A stretch of 64,000 bases of DNA, taken from contig CM061250.1 of NCBI GenBank assembly GCA_022605425.2, positions 1,112,230 to 1,176,229 of the forward strand, given 5' to 3'. The notes beneath the pieces are model-generated. The model saw only the letters and a program-made list of their open reading frames with translations. It ran no database searches and was not told the origin of the DNA. Within the stretch, counting starts at the first letter, position 1; each line of letters starts with the position of its first letter. Below, piece after piece: positions 42,331 to 56,357 of this stretch. A program made the position numbers and the translations under genes. The DNA comes from Hamiltosporidium tvaerminnensis FI-OER-3-3 (Eukaryota; Fungi; Microsporidia).

Positions 42331-44349
42331 TGTATTTAAAGCTTATAGTAAAATTTTTTATTTATGATTTGTTACATCAGCAGAACTCCTACTTAGATAT
42401 TTTCATCTTATTGAACCCAAATTTAATGTGATATTACTACCAACCTAAAAAATGATCAATGCACATGTTTTATAGTGAATTAATTATAAAAGTATGTCTT
42501 AGAATAACATTACAGCCAAATTTCTATTAAACAACAATAACTGATATATTATTTTTTATTAAATTTCTTAAAAAACGAAAATAGTGGTCTATACAAGGCT
42601 CATTTTTTAACAGCAAAGTCTTTAATTTATAAAATTTCAATTCAACTTTCTTTTATTTTATTTGAATAAAATAAGTTTTCACGTACTTTGATAAATTTTT
42701 TCAAAAAAAACATCTAAATAGAAATTAAAAATAAAAGTACTGGTTGAAATTACTTCAGAAAAGTTACTAAAAATTTATTTTTTCTTTGAAAAAAACATAA
42801 AAGTACAAAAAGAATTAGTTGAACTAAAATTTTAACCCCATGAAGTAACGAAGAAAAAAGAATAGACTATAATACCCACTTCCTGATATTTCTAAGTTTA
42901 GTTAAAAAAACATTTCTTCTTGCGATACTTAAGAAGTACAATTCCCAAAAATTCTTCATCAATACACTGCACACGATATTTCAATACAAGTTCTAGCATA
43001 CATTTAAAAATGCGAAAAAACCTTTGTTAATCCCAAAGAAAACCCAAAGTAGAGGTTTAAATTGATAAATCCGCAATTCTTTTCTTTCTGTCTTCATAAA
43101 ACTTCAAATTTAAATTTTTGCATATTTTTTGCTAGAATAATTTCAGAGAATAGTTTTTTTAAGTTATTTCAAGCCTTAATATTTATATATAAATATTTCA
43201 AATAAAATATAATTCAAATCATTTTTCTTTTCTTTCTATATATTTGAGAATTTGTATTTTACTAAAGTTTTTATTTTATTTTTGCATTTTTTTACAATTT
43301 TTACTGGTTTCATATAACAAACGAAAAGTTTTTAAAAACCAAAAACGTAAAAAAATAGATTAACTACAAATCTATTATAAAATAATCCTTTTAACCCCAT
43401 TTAAATACAAACCGAATTTATTTAAGAAAAGAAAAGTAGATTATATTTAGTAAAAGACCTCTGAACAACGCAATAGGAACAAAGTGATAAAGCATATCTA
43501 CATAAAACAGAATTTTATCCAAATATATACTTAGAAACAAAGTAGATTTATAAAACACTACCTCAACTTCTCTGCTTATATAATTTTTGATATATGTAGA
43601 ACAAATAATACATTTCGGTTGTGGCATTTTATAGAAAACCTTCATTGACTTGGTGAAATCTTAATTTTAGAAAAAAAAAAAAAACGTTCTGAAGTTTTTT
43701 TTTAAGAATGGAGAAATATTTTAATTAGAATATGTGCCGCGGAAAGTAATACTAATTTTCTATTTCCTTAAATTGTATTGCTTCTATAATTTTTTTGGTG
43801 TGGTATAGTAAAATAAAAGAAAAAAAGAGAATAAAATACAATTTAGCATTAATTATATTTCATTAAACTCTTTATTTCTTCAATTTTTAAATTTTTACTT
43901 TTACTTTTACTTGTATGATATAACTTTTGTCTCATTTGAACTACTTAAATCAGAATTTTTTATAAACGAAAAAAAATTTATAGAGAAATTAATTTCAAAA
44001 TAAAAAAATTAAAACTTAGGAAAAAATCAAGAAATTAAAACATAGAATCTAAGAAAAAAAGAATTAAGAAAAAAAAGTAGAAAAAATTTAAAAAGTTTAG
44101 AAATAATTTATGAGAATTTGAGAAATAAAATTTCTGAAATTAAGAAATAAAAATATGATGGAATAAAATAAAAATATAATAAAATGCCAAACTTTAATAA
44201 ATTATTTCACTTTCTACATTGCCTTTTTTTGAATCCCAAAGGAAAATATCTTAAATAATTTTCTGTTAATATACTACACTTCGGTATATAACAAATAATA
44301 TTAGTGTAAAACAGCGAAAGTTTGTAAAGTCTCTTTCTAAGGTAGCAGT

Positions 44350-44830
44350 AAGCTTTAATTATCTTTTCATGTTCCGAACTTTTTAAATTCGAAATTTTTT
44401 TCCACTGCAACACCTCTTTTGTTTTTCAAATCAATTATATTCTCGTAATGTCTTTACACCTATTTATCATCACCAAACTTAATTATAGCTTCTATTTATT
44501 TCAAGCAGGGTTTGGATATAGATAATTTTATTTAAAAAGATTGAAGTTTTCTAAACATACCAGAACTCCATAAACATAGCACCCGCGAAAGAACTACATC
44601 TACTCCCTCCACTTCGGTATGACTCGGTATATTTCGAACGCGCTTTGTGGGCTAGTACTTTAGCATAAGATAATCCTATCAATAAATTTAATAAAAGCTG
44701 TTAGTGCCTCCATAATTTACCATTTAGTCAGTGGGGGACCAAGGTCTGCTTCTTTTCTACTCATCGATGTAAAGTGCATCATCCATATGTATACGGCGGC
44801 ATTGTCTCATTTGTGCGCACCGACATGTAA
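44350..44830 (-). mobile_element. Merlin (IS1595/ISXO2-like) transposase remnant
   Basis: Minus-strand VEGVDVV (from 44612, ~RGxxVEGxWV), preceded by a basic K/R stretch and followed by IQTLLEI (44497-44517, ~TLxxII). GC-richer island. Confidence 0.48.
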
Positions 44831-45077
44831 TTTAATCAATAAATAAACTTTTTGCTAAAAAAAACAGAAAAACATATTTATTCAAAAATAATACAACTAT
44901 ATGTTAGAGCCTACACTTCAATCATATATCATAAAGAACAAATAATTTTTTTTATACTTTTACAAGAAATAGGCAAATAATTTAACAGAATAACGTGTTT
45001 TTATCAAAAGTAAATAAAAGTTATTGGTTTTCTAAAAAGTATACCTACAAATTAAAGACATTAATTTATCTTTTCTT

Positions 45078-46663
45078 CGTTATGATATACATCTTCACAG
45101 CGATTCTTCAGATTAGCAATTGCGTTCCATAAAAAGCTTTCTGCCTTTAGCTTATTGTAATTGCAATTAAAGTTAATGATATTGGTAAGTTATCTAGCAA
45201 TATATTCTAAGTGAATTCATTCACTAACGTGTACCTCTGACTTTAAACAGGATTTATAAGTTTTTTGACACTACCGTTTGAATCATAATAAGAATACATT
45301 TAATTAAACTTACAAAACCCAATCTTCACCTTAAAACAGCCTAGGTCTGTAAGATATAAAAATCAAGCTGCGAATATTCTAGTAATTATATCAGTTGATT
45401 GCGGAATATGTTTCTATGGCTTCAAATTTAGGTTCAATTCTTTAAAATAAAAGAGGTATTAAGTTTCATACCAAGATATTCATAACTCACTCTTAGAAGA
45501 TGTCACATCATTAAAAAACTCAACACTATTTATAGTTTTTGTAATTTTTAATAGTCAATTGTCTTACATTTTATATTTTAATAGACAAATCGTAATTTGG
45601 ATAGTATAATCTCTTAACTAACAAACACAATCATAGAAATTTTATTTTTGAATTACAAATACTTGTTTCCATTAATTATAAGACTAAGTTTTAATCCTTT
45701 TGATTTTATATCCACCTATAAATATAATTAGATATCAAAGTGATATTAATACCTTGTAATTCCCACTAGTATAGGTATTTCTTAATTATGTAAAGAATTG
45801 TATGTAACTTTATATTTATTTAGCAAAGTAAATATTAAAAATGATTTAAATTAATTTAGCTTATAGTTAAATATATTTATTAAAGATTTATTCAATCTTT
45901 ATACCAAATTAAAATATTATCTAAATTATTCTTTATTTGACTTGTTTTTCGTGTGAATCTGAATTGCTTCATAAGAAAGTTAAAGATCTAAAAAATCCAA
46001 GAATATATAGATAACCATACCATTTATAAAATAGTTGTAGAAATTGTATTTAACCTAGGTAGATGAATTAAAAACATTGAAATTAAGAATCAATTAATAT
46101 AAAAACAGATAATGAAATGTAGTCGTAATTTTGAAGTAGTATAAAAAGAACAAGATTATCAGTTCGAGACATATTATGTACTATTCAATTTTTTTAAATT
46201 TAATTCTTTAGATAATTAGAGTAAAATATTACTTAAGTCTAATAAAAATATAAAATAATAGAAAACTTAGTAATATCTTTACAAATATAAAAATTTATGT
46301 TCTAAATTGGTCGAATATGAGTTAATAGTTTAAAACGAAATTCTTATATGAATATATTGAGATGAATCAAATATCAAAATTCTCTAATACAATTATATGA
46401 TTTAGTAAAAATAACTTAATGACTATATAAATCTAAAAAATAGCATTTTATTTCACCAAATTCAATAGTATTACATTTTTAATAAATTTTCTTGAAATTA
46501 TTATACATGCAATGTAAATATTTTTTCGCAGATATATCTTTCGTTTACATAGCTCTATATTCTTTTTAAACCAAAAAGCAATACATATATAATACAAAGC
46601 AATTCGCTCAAATTTAAGAAAGGTAACTAATATGAGGTTATATAGAAATCCAAAGTTATGTAT
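45078..46663 (-). pseudogene. Family A copy 3 (short form)
   Basis: Shares long exact words with copy 1 (GTTATCTAGCAATATATTCTAAGT, AGTTAAAGATCTAA, CAGTTCGAGACATT). ORF 46448..46756 covers its N-terminus (HNFGFLYNLILVTFLKFERIA). Confidence 0.65.
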
Positions 46664-47160
46664 GAATACATATATGATCATAGTTTTACTCAATGTATTA
46701 ATAGCTTTTGGAAACAATTTTACAAAATTTAATACGGCCATATTTAGTTCAAACACAACGTATTATGACTAAGATTAAAAAATATTATTTAAAGATAATC
46801 AGTTAAGGTTTTAATAGTTAAAATGTTCTAAATGACCATAAAAAAGCACTTAATACCTTACGCACAAAAACTTCCAATTATGGTAAATTTATAAGTTTAT
46901 TAGACTTAACACTCAAAAATCATATAAGAGAAGAAAATACTAACGTATACCTTCGAATATAACATATTGATATGAATCAACGAATTTAATGGTAAATGAA
47001 TATTAAATTAGTATAAAATTAATAAATTACATCAAAGTATAGTAAAATCATAATTTATTTAGAACTAAGTATTACTTTACTAAAACAAGACAAGATTAAA
47101 GTGGCCAGAATTGTTTTATAATTAGAAAAACTGCTGCATGAGCAACCATTATAACTTGGT
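46664..47160 (-). promoter_or_regulatory. Conserved family-A upstream cassette, copy 3 (CArG 46874-46883; CCATATTTAG 46738-46747)
   Basis: The same 31-mer with one T missing at 46866-46895; same spacing to the start. Confidence 0.58.
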
Positions 47161-48429
47161 AAGGGAATAACAAAAGAAATATATAAAAAATATAGGAACA
47201 ATTTAAAACAGAAAATTAGAATAAAAAAACAAGAAATATGAAAAAAAACATTAAAAATAGAATTAAAATAAGGTTTATCTTAACCGACTCTATACAAGTG
47301 AAAATTCAAAACTAAAAAAACATTAATAAAATAAATACCTAACTAAAATTTTCCACGTAAAAGAATAAAAGTTCGATAATTGTAAATAAAATTTGAAATG
47401 GTACAATTTTTTTTGTAAAAAAGAAATATTTTATCTTAACAGCTATAAACAATACTAATTTCATATAGAACATAAAATATGAAATATATACTAGTTGATA
47501 TTACAGAAAAAACTAGACAGATTTTATACAATATAAACTTACGTGACAAAATAGCAACTGAAATCTACCACTAATGATCTAAACTAACAAGTTTACAATA
47601 TAAATATATTTTTCTTTAATTAAAAGCCAACATATTATAGTTAAACTTAAAAAATATATGATAACAACAAGTAAATTATTTTAAGTATGTAATAAACATA
47701 CAAATCAAGTTTTTAATATGTTATAAATTTAATTTAGAACAAAATATATGACTTAATACAGAAGAAGTGACAAAGTTATCAAAAAAATGAATAAAAAACT
47801 TACTAAAATTTATATCCCATGTATATCCCTTTAGCGAAAGTACATAGTATTCCAAATAATATTTTTTAATAAAACATCTAAATTTTGAATTTTTAAAAAA
47901 ATTATTGTGTAATGAATTGAATCGAACAACCAAGCAATATTTGTTGGTGTTATTAATATCACACATTTCACACGCCTTAAATTGCACTCTTCTGAAACTC
48001 CGTAGAAAAATAAAATGTAATACAAATTATAAGCAAGAAAAGTATTTAGTATAAATAAAAACCGTATAGTTTAAAAAGAATAATATGTTATGCTAGGTGA
48101 ATTATAAATTGCAGTGTAAAATAAAAGAAACTTTGGATATTGAAATTAAAAAAAAACAGTGCAGTTTAATAAGATTTATTTCATTAAATAATTAATAGCT
48201 CGATAAATGGTACCATACATACCTTTCAAAATCAGAATAATTTTTTTAACAATGAACAACAAGATATAAAAGAAAAGATAACTTAAACAAAAATAAGCGG
48301 TAAATGAAAATAACAAAACAATATTACAAATTTATAATAACAGACTATCTCGGTTTTGGAAAAAAAATATATTTCTGTATAAACTAATACATAGAATAAT
48401 TTAAAATCATTACCTCTTTTTTACACAGT

Positions 48430-48980
48430 CCCTAGTATAAATTTTTTTGATGACATTCACGCAGTTCTGAGTTTAACATATGTGACAGCATCCCCACCAC
48501 ACTATCTGTACCACTTACGATACCCTTTATTAGGCTTTCATTTATAAGGTATATATGATCTATTTAATAGGGAAAAGGTTTGCGCAGTGTTTGTTAATTT
48601 TTGTTTTGATTGGATTGAATGAAAACCAAAACTAGAACTTAACCTTTCGACCTTATGCAGGATTTTCCCATATATCACACACACGTAAGCTAAAAAAAGC
48701 TAGCTAAGATATATTTCGGCGACTTAAACTGGCTCATCTGGACAGTGCAACCCATACCAAGATGTATAACATGATACATCGCTTCCCGGTTTCAGAATAA
48801 TTTAATTTCTATCTCTTTACGGTAAGTCTTAAACCTCAGATATGTATGAATAAGTCTCTATCTTTTCACATAGCGATTAACTACAAGTTCAATTGATGTC
48901 TAATATCTAGCCACATAAAAAACCACAAAATATTTTATAGAAAAAGTTTCGCAAATTTATAGATCCTTTTTTTTGAATAA
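48430..48980 (-). mobile_element. piggyBac transposase (DDE_Tnp_1_7-like) remnant
   Basis: Minus-strand FAKLFL, VNRYV (~48867-48880, ~TNRYA), YIP..KPNKG (48520-48555, ~YIPxKPxKxG) and DAVTYV occur in order within a GC-richer island. Confidence 0.5.
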
Positions 48981-49149
48981 GAACAGCCATGGAACCCTAA
49001 AAATGTAGTGTAGTGTTTTAGGAACTTAAAGATATAACAATGAACTCACTCATACCCTTCATCTTTCATTTTCCAGTAAAACAAACTTAATGTAGTTATT
49101 CTCTCTCCATTATGGCCTTAGCAATTAGAAAAAAAATCAATTTTAAGAT

Positions 49150-51645
49150 AAACCAGTTGACCCGTAAATTTAATTAACCAATGTAACTTTATTTGAAAAA
49201 AAATTAAAATATAAATTTTTTAAAAAGTACCCCTCCTTATGAAATATCTCTCCACTTTATCCGCTGATATAAGTTATTTCTTATATTTAAAAAATCAAAG
49301 AATGCAAAATAGCTGATGATACTGAATGTAATCAATAAAACAGAGCAAAGGGTATAAATTTATTCAAATATTGATAATTTTTTGAAAAATACTGATATTA
49401 TTACATCCTTAAAAAGTTTTTACGCTATTGCAGCATTTATACGAGCATGCAACAATCGAAAGGTTTAGTGATTTAATAAGAAACGCGTTTGGTCGAAAGT
49501 TTTTCTTATCCTCACTTTTTTGGAAATGGTATTTAGAAAGATCTTAGTTTAAAGCTGAATTTTTGGATATTTCATTTTGTAATCAAATTTGCAACAAAAA
49601 AAAATTCATAAAATTATGATGCAGATTAAAATATCGGAAAATTCGTTCTTTAAACCAAGATCTTTCTAAACGTCATATATAAAGTAAGTAGGATTCTAAA
49701 ATCACTTCTGAATTTATTAATCTAACGAAAAAGAAAAAACTTAATGCGAAAATTGCATTATAAAAGATATTGAATTAGGAAAAAAGTAAGTATTTTAAAT
49801 TGTAATAGAAAAAAAGTTAAATAAAGTAAAAAAGAACTATAATATAATAAAATGGTTTACCTCCCTTCATATATATATGTTTCTGCGGTTTATTTATATT
49901 CTTAGATTTTAAAACCGTTTTAATGCAATCCGAAATACCAGAAGAAAAAAATAAACCAAGAGTTTATTTCTTTTATGATTGAAACTTTAAAGCTAAAGAT
50001 TTTTTCATCCTCACTTTTTTATATTTGGCATTTCGGGATATCTCAAATTTAAGATGAATTTTCAGATATTTCATTTTGTATTCAAATTTAAAACAAAAAA
50101 AATCATAAAATTATGATGCAACTTAAGATATCAGAAATTTCGTTAATAAACTTGAGATCTTTCTTAAATGTCAAATAAAAAAAATTGAGGAGGAAAAATT
50201 AATATTTGCAATTGTTCGTCTAATATAAAAGAAAAAAACCTAAAAAGACAATGGAATAGTATATAATCACATTGTAATTTAATTGCAGTTAGAAATTTAT
50301 TAAAACAAAAAATCAGGAGTAAGTCCTTGAATTTATAATATAGAATAATTGAAATATTTGTAACAGCAAACTGTAAGACGATGAAAATGCTGATTCAAAT
50401 ATGTAATTTTGATTTATTTTTGTTCCTATAATGATTTATAGGAATTTAAGCAAAATATATTTTTCTAGATCTTTTTTTATATCTATTATTTATATTTTTT
50501 TTGTACCAAGACTTTATACGATTTTTAAAGGCACAGGTAAACCTGGCTTAGGGTTTTACTATAAGAATTTTTTTTTTTTTCTTTAATATAATTTTAAAAA
50601 ATAATTGCTATTTAAAATCATGGTAACATAATGATGTTATTCGATATTTTGAGAAGACCAGCATTTACATTTTTAGATCATAAATTATCTATTCTTATAT
50701 TTATTTTAAATTGTAAACTATACATGAAACTTGTCATTATTTTAAATGATTATATTTGTTTTTTAAAATCTTAAGTGTTATATCAGATTTGTTGCGGTTT
50801 ATCAGTACTATATAACGCATTTAAATGTTTCTATAAAAAATAGTACTAATATCTGTGATTTCATTCCTCTCAATAAAAATTTCTATAGTCTTATATTCTA
50901 TTTACACAATAGGTATAAAAATTTCGTGAATAATACTCACAAAGAACAAAATCTTACATCACAGTAGAAAAAGAACTTTTTCAACGATAAAAAATCGTTT
51001 AATATGAAATTATCTATAAAATTTAAAACTTTTTAAACAGATATTACTAGAGAAATTCATATTTCTTATATATTATTTATAAAGAAGATAAAGAATTTCG
51101 AAAAAAAAGTATAATTAACAAAAATTTTAAAAATCCTTCTTGGATTCCAATGTAGTCTTTTACTTTTTTAAAAAATATACACTTTTCGTTCATATACTAT
51201 ATATAAAAAGGATGTTTTTAATATTTTAGAATTTGTCTTGAGATAGTTAAAAAATCAATTTTTAATCAGAAGTTACAGATATATTACAAAGAAATTATAG
51301 GTAAAACCTAAATAGGGGATTTCATTTCTAGCCACATTTGCATTTACTTCAGATAATAATTTTTCTAAATTTAAAGTATTTGTTGATCATTTATTTTGAG
51401 AAATTTAGCTATTCAAAACGATGGAAGCATAGAATACCAAGAAAAACTTTTACTAACTTATCAATACGGCTTTTTTAGAAACAAAAATTATTGATTAGGT
51501 TTTAGAGAAAAAAACACAAGTAGTAATAAATTTTTATTCTAACTACTAAGTCTAATAAGATAGTAGCTCTATAAACCAAGAACCATGGTTTCAGAAATAA
51601 ACAAACCCAACTAGTTTTTAAAAAAACCCTTTAGTTTCAAAGCAT
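49150..51645 (-). pseudogene. Family C copy 2, with internal duplication
   Basis: Paralogue of 26870-28840. The segment starting ATCCTCACTTTTTT occurs at 49508 and again at 50007. Confidence 0.48.
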
Positions 51646-52049
51646 TTTTTTCTTTGGTAATCCATTTATTTAAATTTGCATTATAGTAGGAAATTTTTTT
51701 ATTTATTATTACAGTGGTTTACTTTTATTTTCGAAATAAAAGTATTCCTTCTTAACAAATTAAAATCAAAATAAAAAATCGCTTAAATTGAGGTAAGTGT
51801 TTCACATCTTTATTGGAGAGAAATAGTGGAGATTACCTTTATTTTTCTATAATTTAGAATTTATTTTAAAAATCAGATACTAATTTAATAAAATTGCAAA
51901 ATATAGTACATGATAATGAAAATGATGAAGACTTACCGAAATTTCATAGTTTCTGATCACAAAAGTCAGTAGAAATTGATTTTATTTCTATTAGATATTT
52001 GTGTGAGTAAAATTAATGAAAAATATAGTCTAAAAATAAAATCAAACAT

Positions 52050-52270
52050 AGTTTAAATATTACATTCCTCTTTTACTTCTCGGTGTCAAGGATAACAACT
52101 GGAAATTTTACAATTGCTCTTTTAATCTATTTTAACCCAGGAATATATGAAGCTAGCCTATAGTTTCAATGTGGTTTTGTCAACCCAAATTGTCAACAAT
52201 TATTTTCACAACAATTTCACACACTTATTGCCCACAAAATCGTTTTTAATGTTTATCAGCTCTTCACCTT
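52050..52270 (-). mobile_element. Possible Merlin C-terminal remnant
   Basis: GC-richer island with minus-strand IVD..G..QNHIET (~FVDxxxGxHTNxIE). Short and weak. Confidence 0.27.
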
Positions 52271-52449
52271 GTTTTATATAAACATGTACTATATTTAAAC
52301 TTTTAAAAAAGCAAGTTTTTCTGATTAATTAGATTTTAATATTTTAATAATTAAAATATTGCAAATTAAATACTTTAATTATTATTTTATATTGTGTTGT
52401 TATTAACATCTTTTTTGCGTTATTTTTGAAAGTATAGCAGTAAACTAAA

Positions 52450-54130
52450 TAATTCATTGGATTAAATAAAAAAGACCCTAGAAAATATTACATACCAAGC
52501 ATAGAGAAAATGTTCAGAAAGATAATATTAGAAATATTAGAGTGTTAAATTTTCAATTTGAGGTATCTTAAATAGTTTTATATGTCGAAGCTCTTATTTA
52601 ACTATTTCATACTAAGCAATGTCTTCAGTGTAAATTTCTATTTAATATCAAAAACTGGTTGATAAATAAGTTCTTATGTGTTTTTTAATTCTATGAATAT
52701 TTTTTTTTGTAGTTTTTATTCCGGTTTTTTAATTCTGATTATATATTAGAACGTTATGAGTTAACTAAAGAATACTAAAACAATTAAAATAGATTGTTTA
52801 TTCTAAGACATACAAAAAACCAATATTTATGATTTTAGCATGCAAAAGTACATTTAAATAATTTTATAGATTTAGATAGACGCTATTTATGAGAATTAGA
52901 ATTTTTTTGGTATTTATAGAATATATCCATGTACTGAACGGATTAATTGTTTAAACATATAAATCTTTAGCGAAGAAACAAAATTTTAAAAATTTCAATA
53001 AAAAATTGATAAAATGTTTTATTGATTATATATGAAAGTGAAATAACTAAAATAAAATTATACTGATAAAGTGATGAATTCTAGAAACAAGAAAATAAAA
53101 ATTAAAACCTCATAAAACCCTTATATTTTTTAATATTTTGGTTTTTGCTTTGCATTAAATCCACCAAGATTTTTTTTTTTTCTAAAAATAATTTCTTTAT
53201 ATTTATTAAAAATTTCTACCATATGTTTCTTTAATAAAAATATTATTTTGCATCGAAGAAATTGAAATGAAGATGTAAATTGAAACAGATGAAAAGAAAG
53301 CATAAAGATAGATTCAATAGCAGCGGCAGTGAAGGTAAATTATGTTTATTATGTCCTTGGTCTTAATGAATTCCTTGTTTAAAGTTGTTTGCACGAAGAT
53401 AAAATATATGAGAAGTGGAATATATTAAGATATTTTTGGATTTCAGCACAACGCCCCAAAAGTTATACTAAACAAATGATTTGGAATTTTAGTTTGATTT
53501 TTTATTATATTATTCACTGTATCATTTTTATGAAAAAGGTGGTGTCTATCTTAAGTGTTCCTTTTCTTTCTTTTTGATTTGAATAAAATTTTTCATTTTA
53601 TGACTTTGAGAAAAAAAGAAGAGGTAAGGTGGTGGGGTAAGTAAGCTAATGGCTAATACTTTGGTAACTAGCTTATATTTGATCCCAGGTTTATGAAGAG
53701 TTTTCAGAAGCCATTGAACAAATTCAGACTTTATTTGAACAGTAGACTAACCACAATTGAAATTTCGGCTACAACTGAGCACATTTAGAATTTTTTCAGT
53801 TGATTGTAAAATATTGAATTTTTAACGCGCCTTCTTTAAGTAATGTGTTTTACCAAATTCAATTCAGAAGAAATATATTTGTATGTCCCTATAAAGAAGA
53901 AAAAGAACGGAACTTTTGATTGAATAGATCTAATTTTTAGAAGTGTTTGAAGTTAAAATATTTATGATAAGTGAAAAAAAATGCTTATTTGATATTTGAA
54001 AACATCAGAATCATTTAATTGCAGATGATCACTTTAAAATCCCATGTAATAAATTTGAGAACAGTTAAAAATATTGGTTGAATTTGTGATGAAGAGAAAT
54101 GTAAAGAAATTACTGGTTTACAAGAAATAA
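52450..54130 (+). pseudogene. Family B copy 2
   Basis: Paralogue of 30490-32200; broken frame. Confidence 0.5.
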
Positions 54131-54139
54131 AAAAAATAA

Positions 54140-56357
54140 AATAATTTATAATTGGTATATTGTCCTTGGAATTTTTATATCTAAAAAGGATTATAAGTTT
54201 TTAATTAACTTTGATCATTCCTGGTTTTATTTATTACTTCTTTTTGATATTCTTTCCCATCTAATTTTTAATAAAATAATCTTTTGCCTTTAGTTAATCC
54301 ATATTTCTTGGTTTAATATCCAAGGGTCTATTTTATAAAATTTACTCTCCACATATCATACAATTTAAAAGCTTTAATATATCTCTTAGTTTCTTTAATT
54401 ATATTTGAAATAGTTTATTAAAAATCTTTTATTTACTTAGAACAATAGTATTCTATTTTGGCAAAAAAAATAATTTGTCTTTATAACAAGTGGGTATATT
54501 GTTAAATCATAAATATATTGCATATGTTTCAGCAAGGTATATCTTAAGATAGATAATCTATACTTCATTTTAGAATTCATTTTAGCTTGGAAATAACACA
54601 TTTATTCACTAAGAATACAAGACTTTTGAAGCGCCTTAATTCATTTATATATATAAATGATTGCGTGTGTAGCTAAAGATCTAAAACCGAAAGATATTGT
54701 TTGAACAAAAAGATATTATGATTAATAATTAAATATAGTTATTGGTTTTTTTGGATTTTCTCTAATCAGGAACTAATATATTTTATCGATTTATTTATGG
54801 TAAAGTTATTCACTCTGAAAATTCGTGACTAGGTGAATCCTTTGAATGTAGACTCCTTACCCTTGAGTTTATGTAATAGGCGTTTCTGATATTAGTAGAG
54901 TTATTTTTAAATATATTTTAAATGAACAAATTTTCTATTTCGTAAAATCGATTTGAACAAGATCAGAATAATTCTTCCAACTACCTTTTGAATGTTATAT
55001 AAACTAGACAAGTAAATAACCTTATTTAGCGTTTGCCATAATACAAACTGACTGGATAGTTTTAAATGTATAAATTTGCTGCGAATTTTTTGGGAAAATA
55101 TATGACGGTAGATTGTGGAAACAGTTTTTCGTTTAAAAAGGTTAAATCTTTATACAGTTGCTTAGGTAATAGAGGTTTAAGAATGAGATAGTGCTAAGGC
55201 ACATGTATACAAGGCCGGATGATAAAAAATCGAAAATTGTTCATACGTTTTTAAGTTTTGAATTACCAATTGTCTTTCTTTCTATATTTTAAGTGTAAAA
55301 ATCATAATTTGATAATATAATATTTGAATCAACAAAATCAATCATAGAATTTTAATTATTGAATTAGAATAAACGTCTACTTTAAAACATACATTATTTT
55401 TTTAATTATTTTAACATAATATTCATCTATAAATATATTTTAATATCAAAGTTTCATCGTTTTTCTTATATTACTTCATTAAAATTAATTTCTGAAAAGT
55501 TTGAAAACTAATTCGTAGATTTTCATAGAAAAAATAAAAATAAAACTGAGCATATGTAAAAAACGAGTATTTAATTTAGTTTGAAAAAACAAATTTATTT
55601 AATATTATCTATTTTGAAAATAAAATCAAAATATCAGGTAAAAATTAATAATTCAAATATTTTTTGTATTGTATGTACGACTTCATAAACAAGTTTAACA
55701 CCGAAACTAAACAGAATTAAACTATTTTAAGAATTATTTGTAGAATTTTCTCTAAACAAGAGAAATGGGTTAAGAAAATTGAAATTGACATATACTTAAC
55801 GTAAAAACATTTATTTAAATTTTGTTTTAATATATAACTAGTATAATAGAAATCATGTTATTATTCAAAAGATTTTATTTTACTATCAATTTTATTTAGA
55901 TATAATTCTGCAAACCTTACTATATAATATATAATGCTAAAAAAAAACCTAATAAAATAATTAAAAACAATCAATTACTCATAATAATTACAATTTAAGT
56001 TAGTTTAATAAGGTAAAAAGTAAAAAAACAAACTATTTATTTATATGGATATATTAAGGATATTTACATACTAAAATTAATTAATATGGATTATAGTACT
56101 AAATAATAATTTCATGTCTGTATGAATATAGAGAATATTAAATTTATTTTAATAAAGGCAATATTATTACATTTCTCCTCTATTCTCTTGAAAATAGTAT
56201 ACAATAAATCTTAAATGTTTTTTCAGATGTATATCCTTATTTTTATTGGCTCTATATTCTTTTTAAGCTCAAAAAGCAATACATAATAATACCTGGCAGT
56301 TTGCTCAATTTTTATAAAGTAATAATATGAGGTTATTAGAAATCCAAAGTTACATAT
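54140..56357 (-). pseudogene. Family A copy 4 (long form A')
   Basis: Closely similar to 32230-34437 (TATAAATTTGCTGC, GATAGTGCTAAG, GAATTAGAATAAACGTCTACTTTAA) and more distantly to copies 1-3. Reads TIGNSKL..FDFLSSGLVYMCLSTI. Confidence 0.62.

Noticed and set aside
43670-44200. A-run/T-run hairpin and GAAATTAA-like low-complexity tract
   Set aside because: No regular period and no terminal inverted repeat pair; expected at this AT content.
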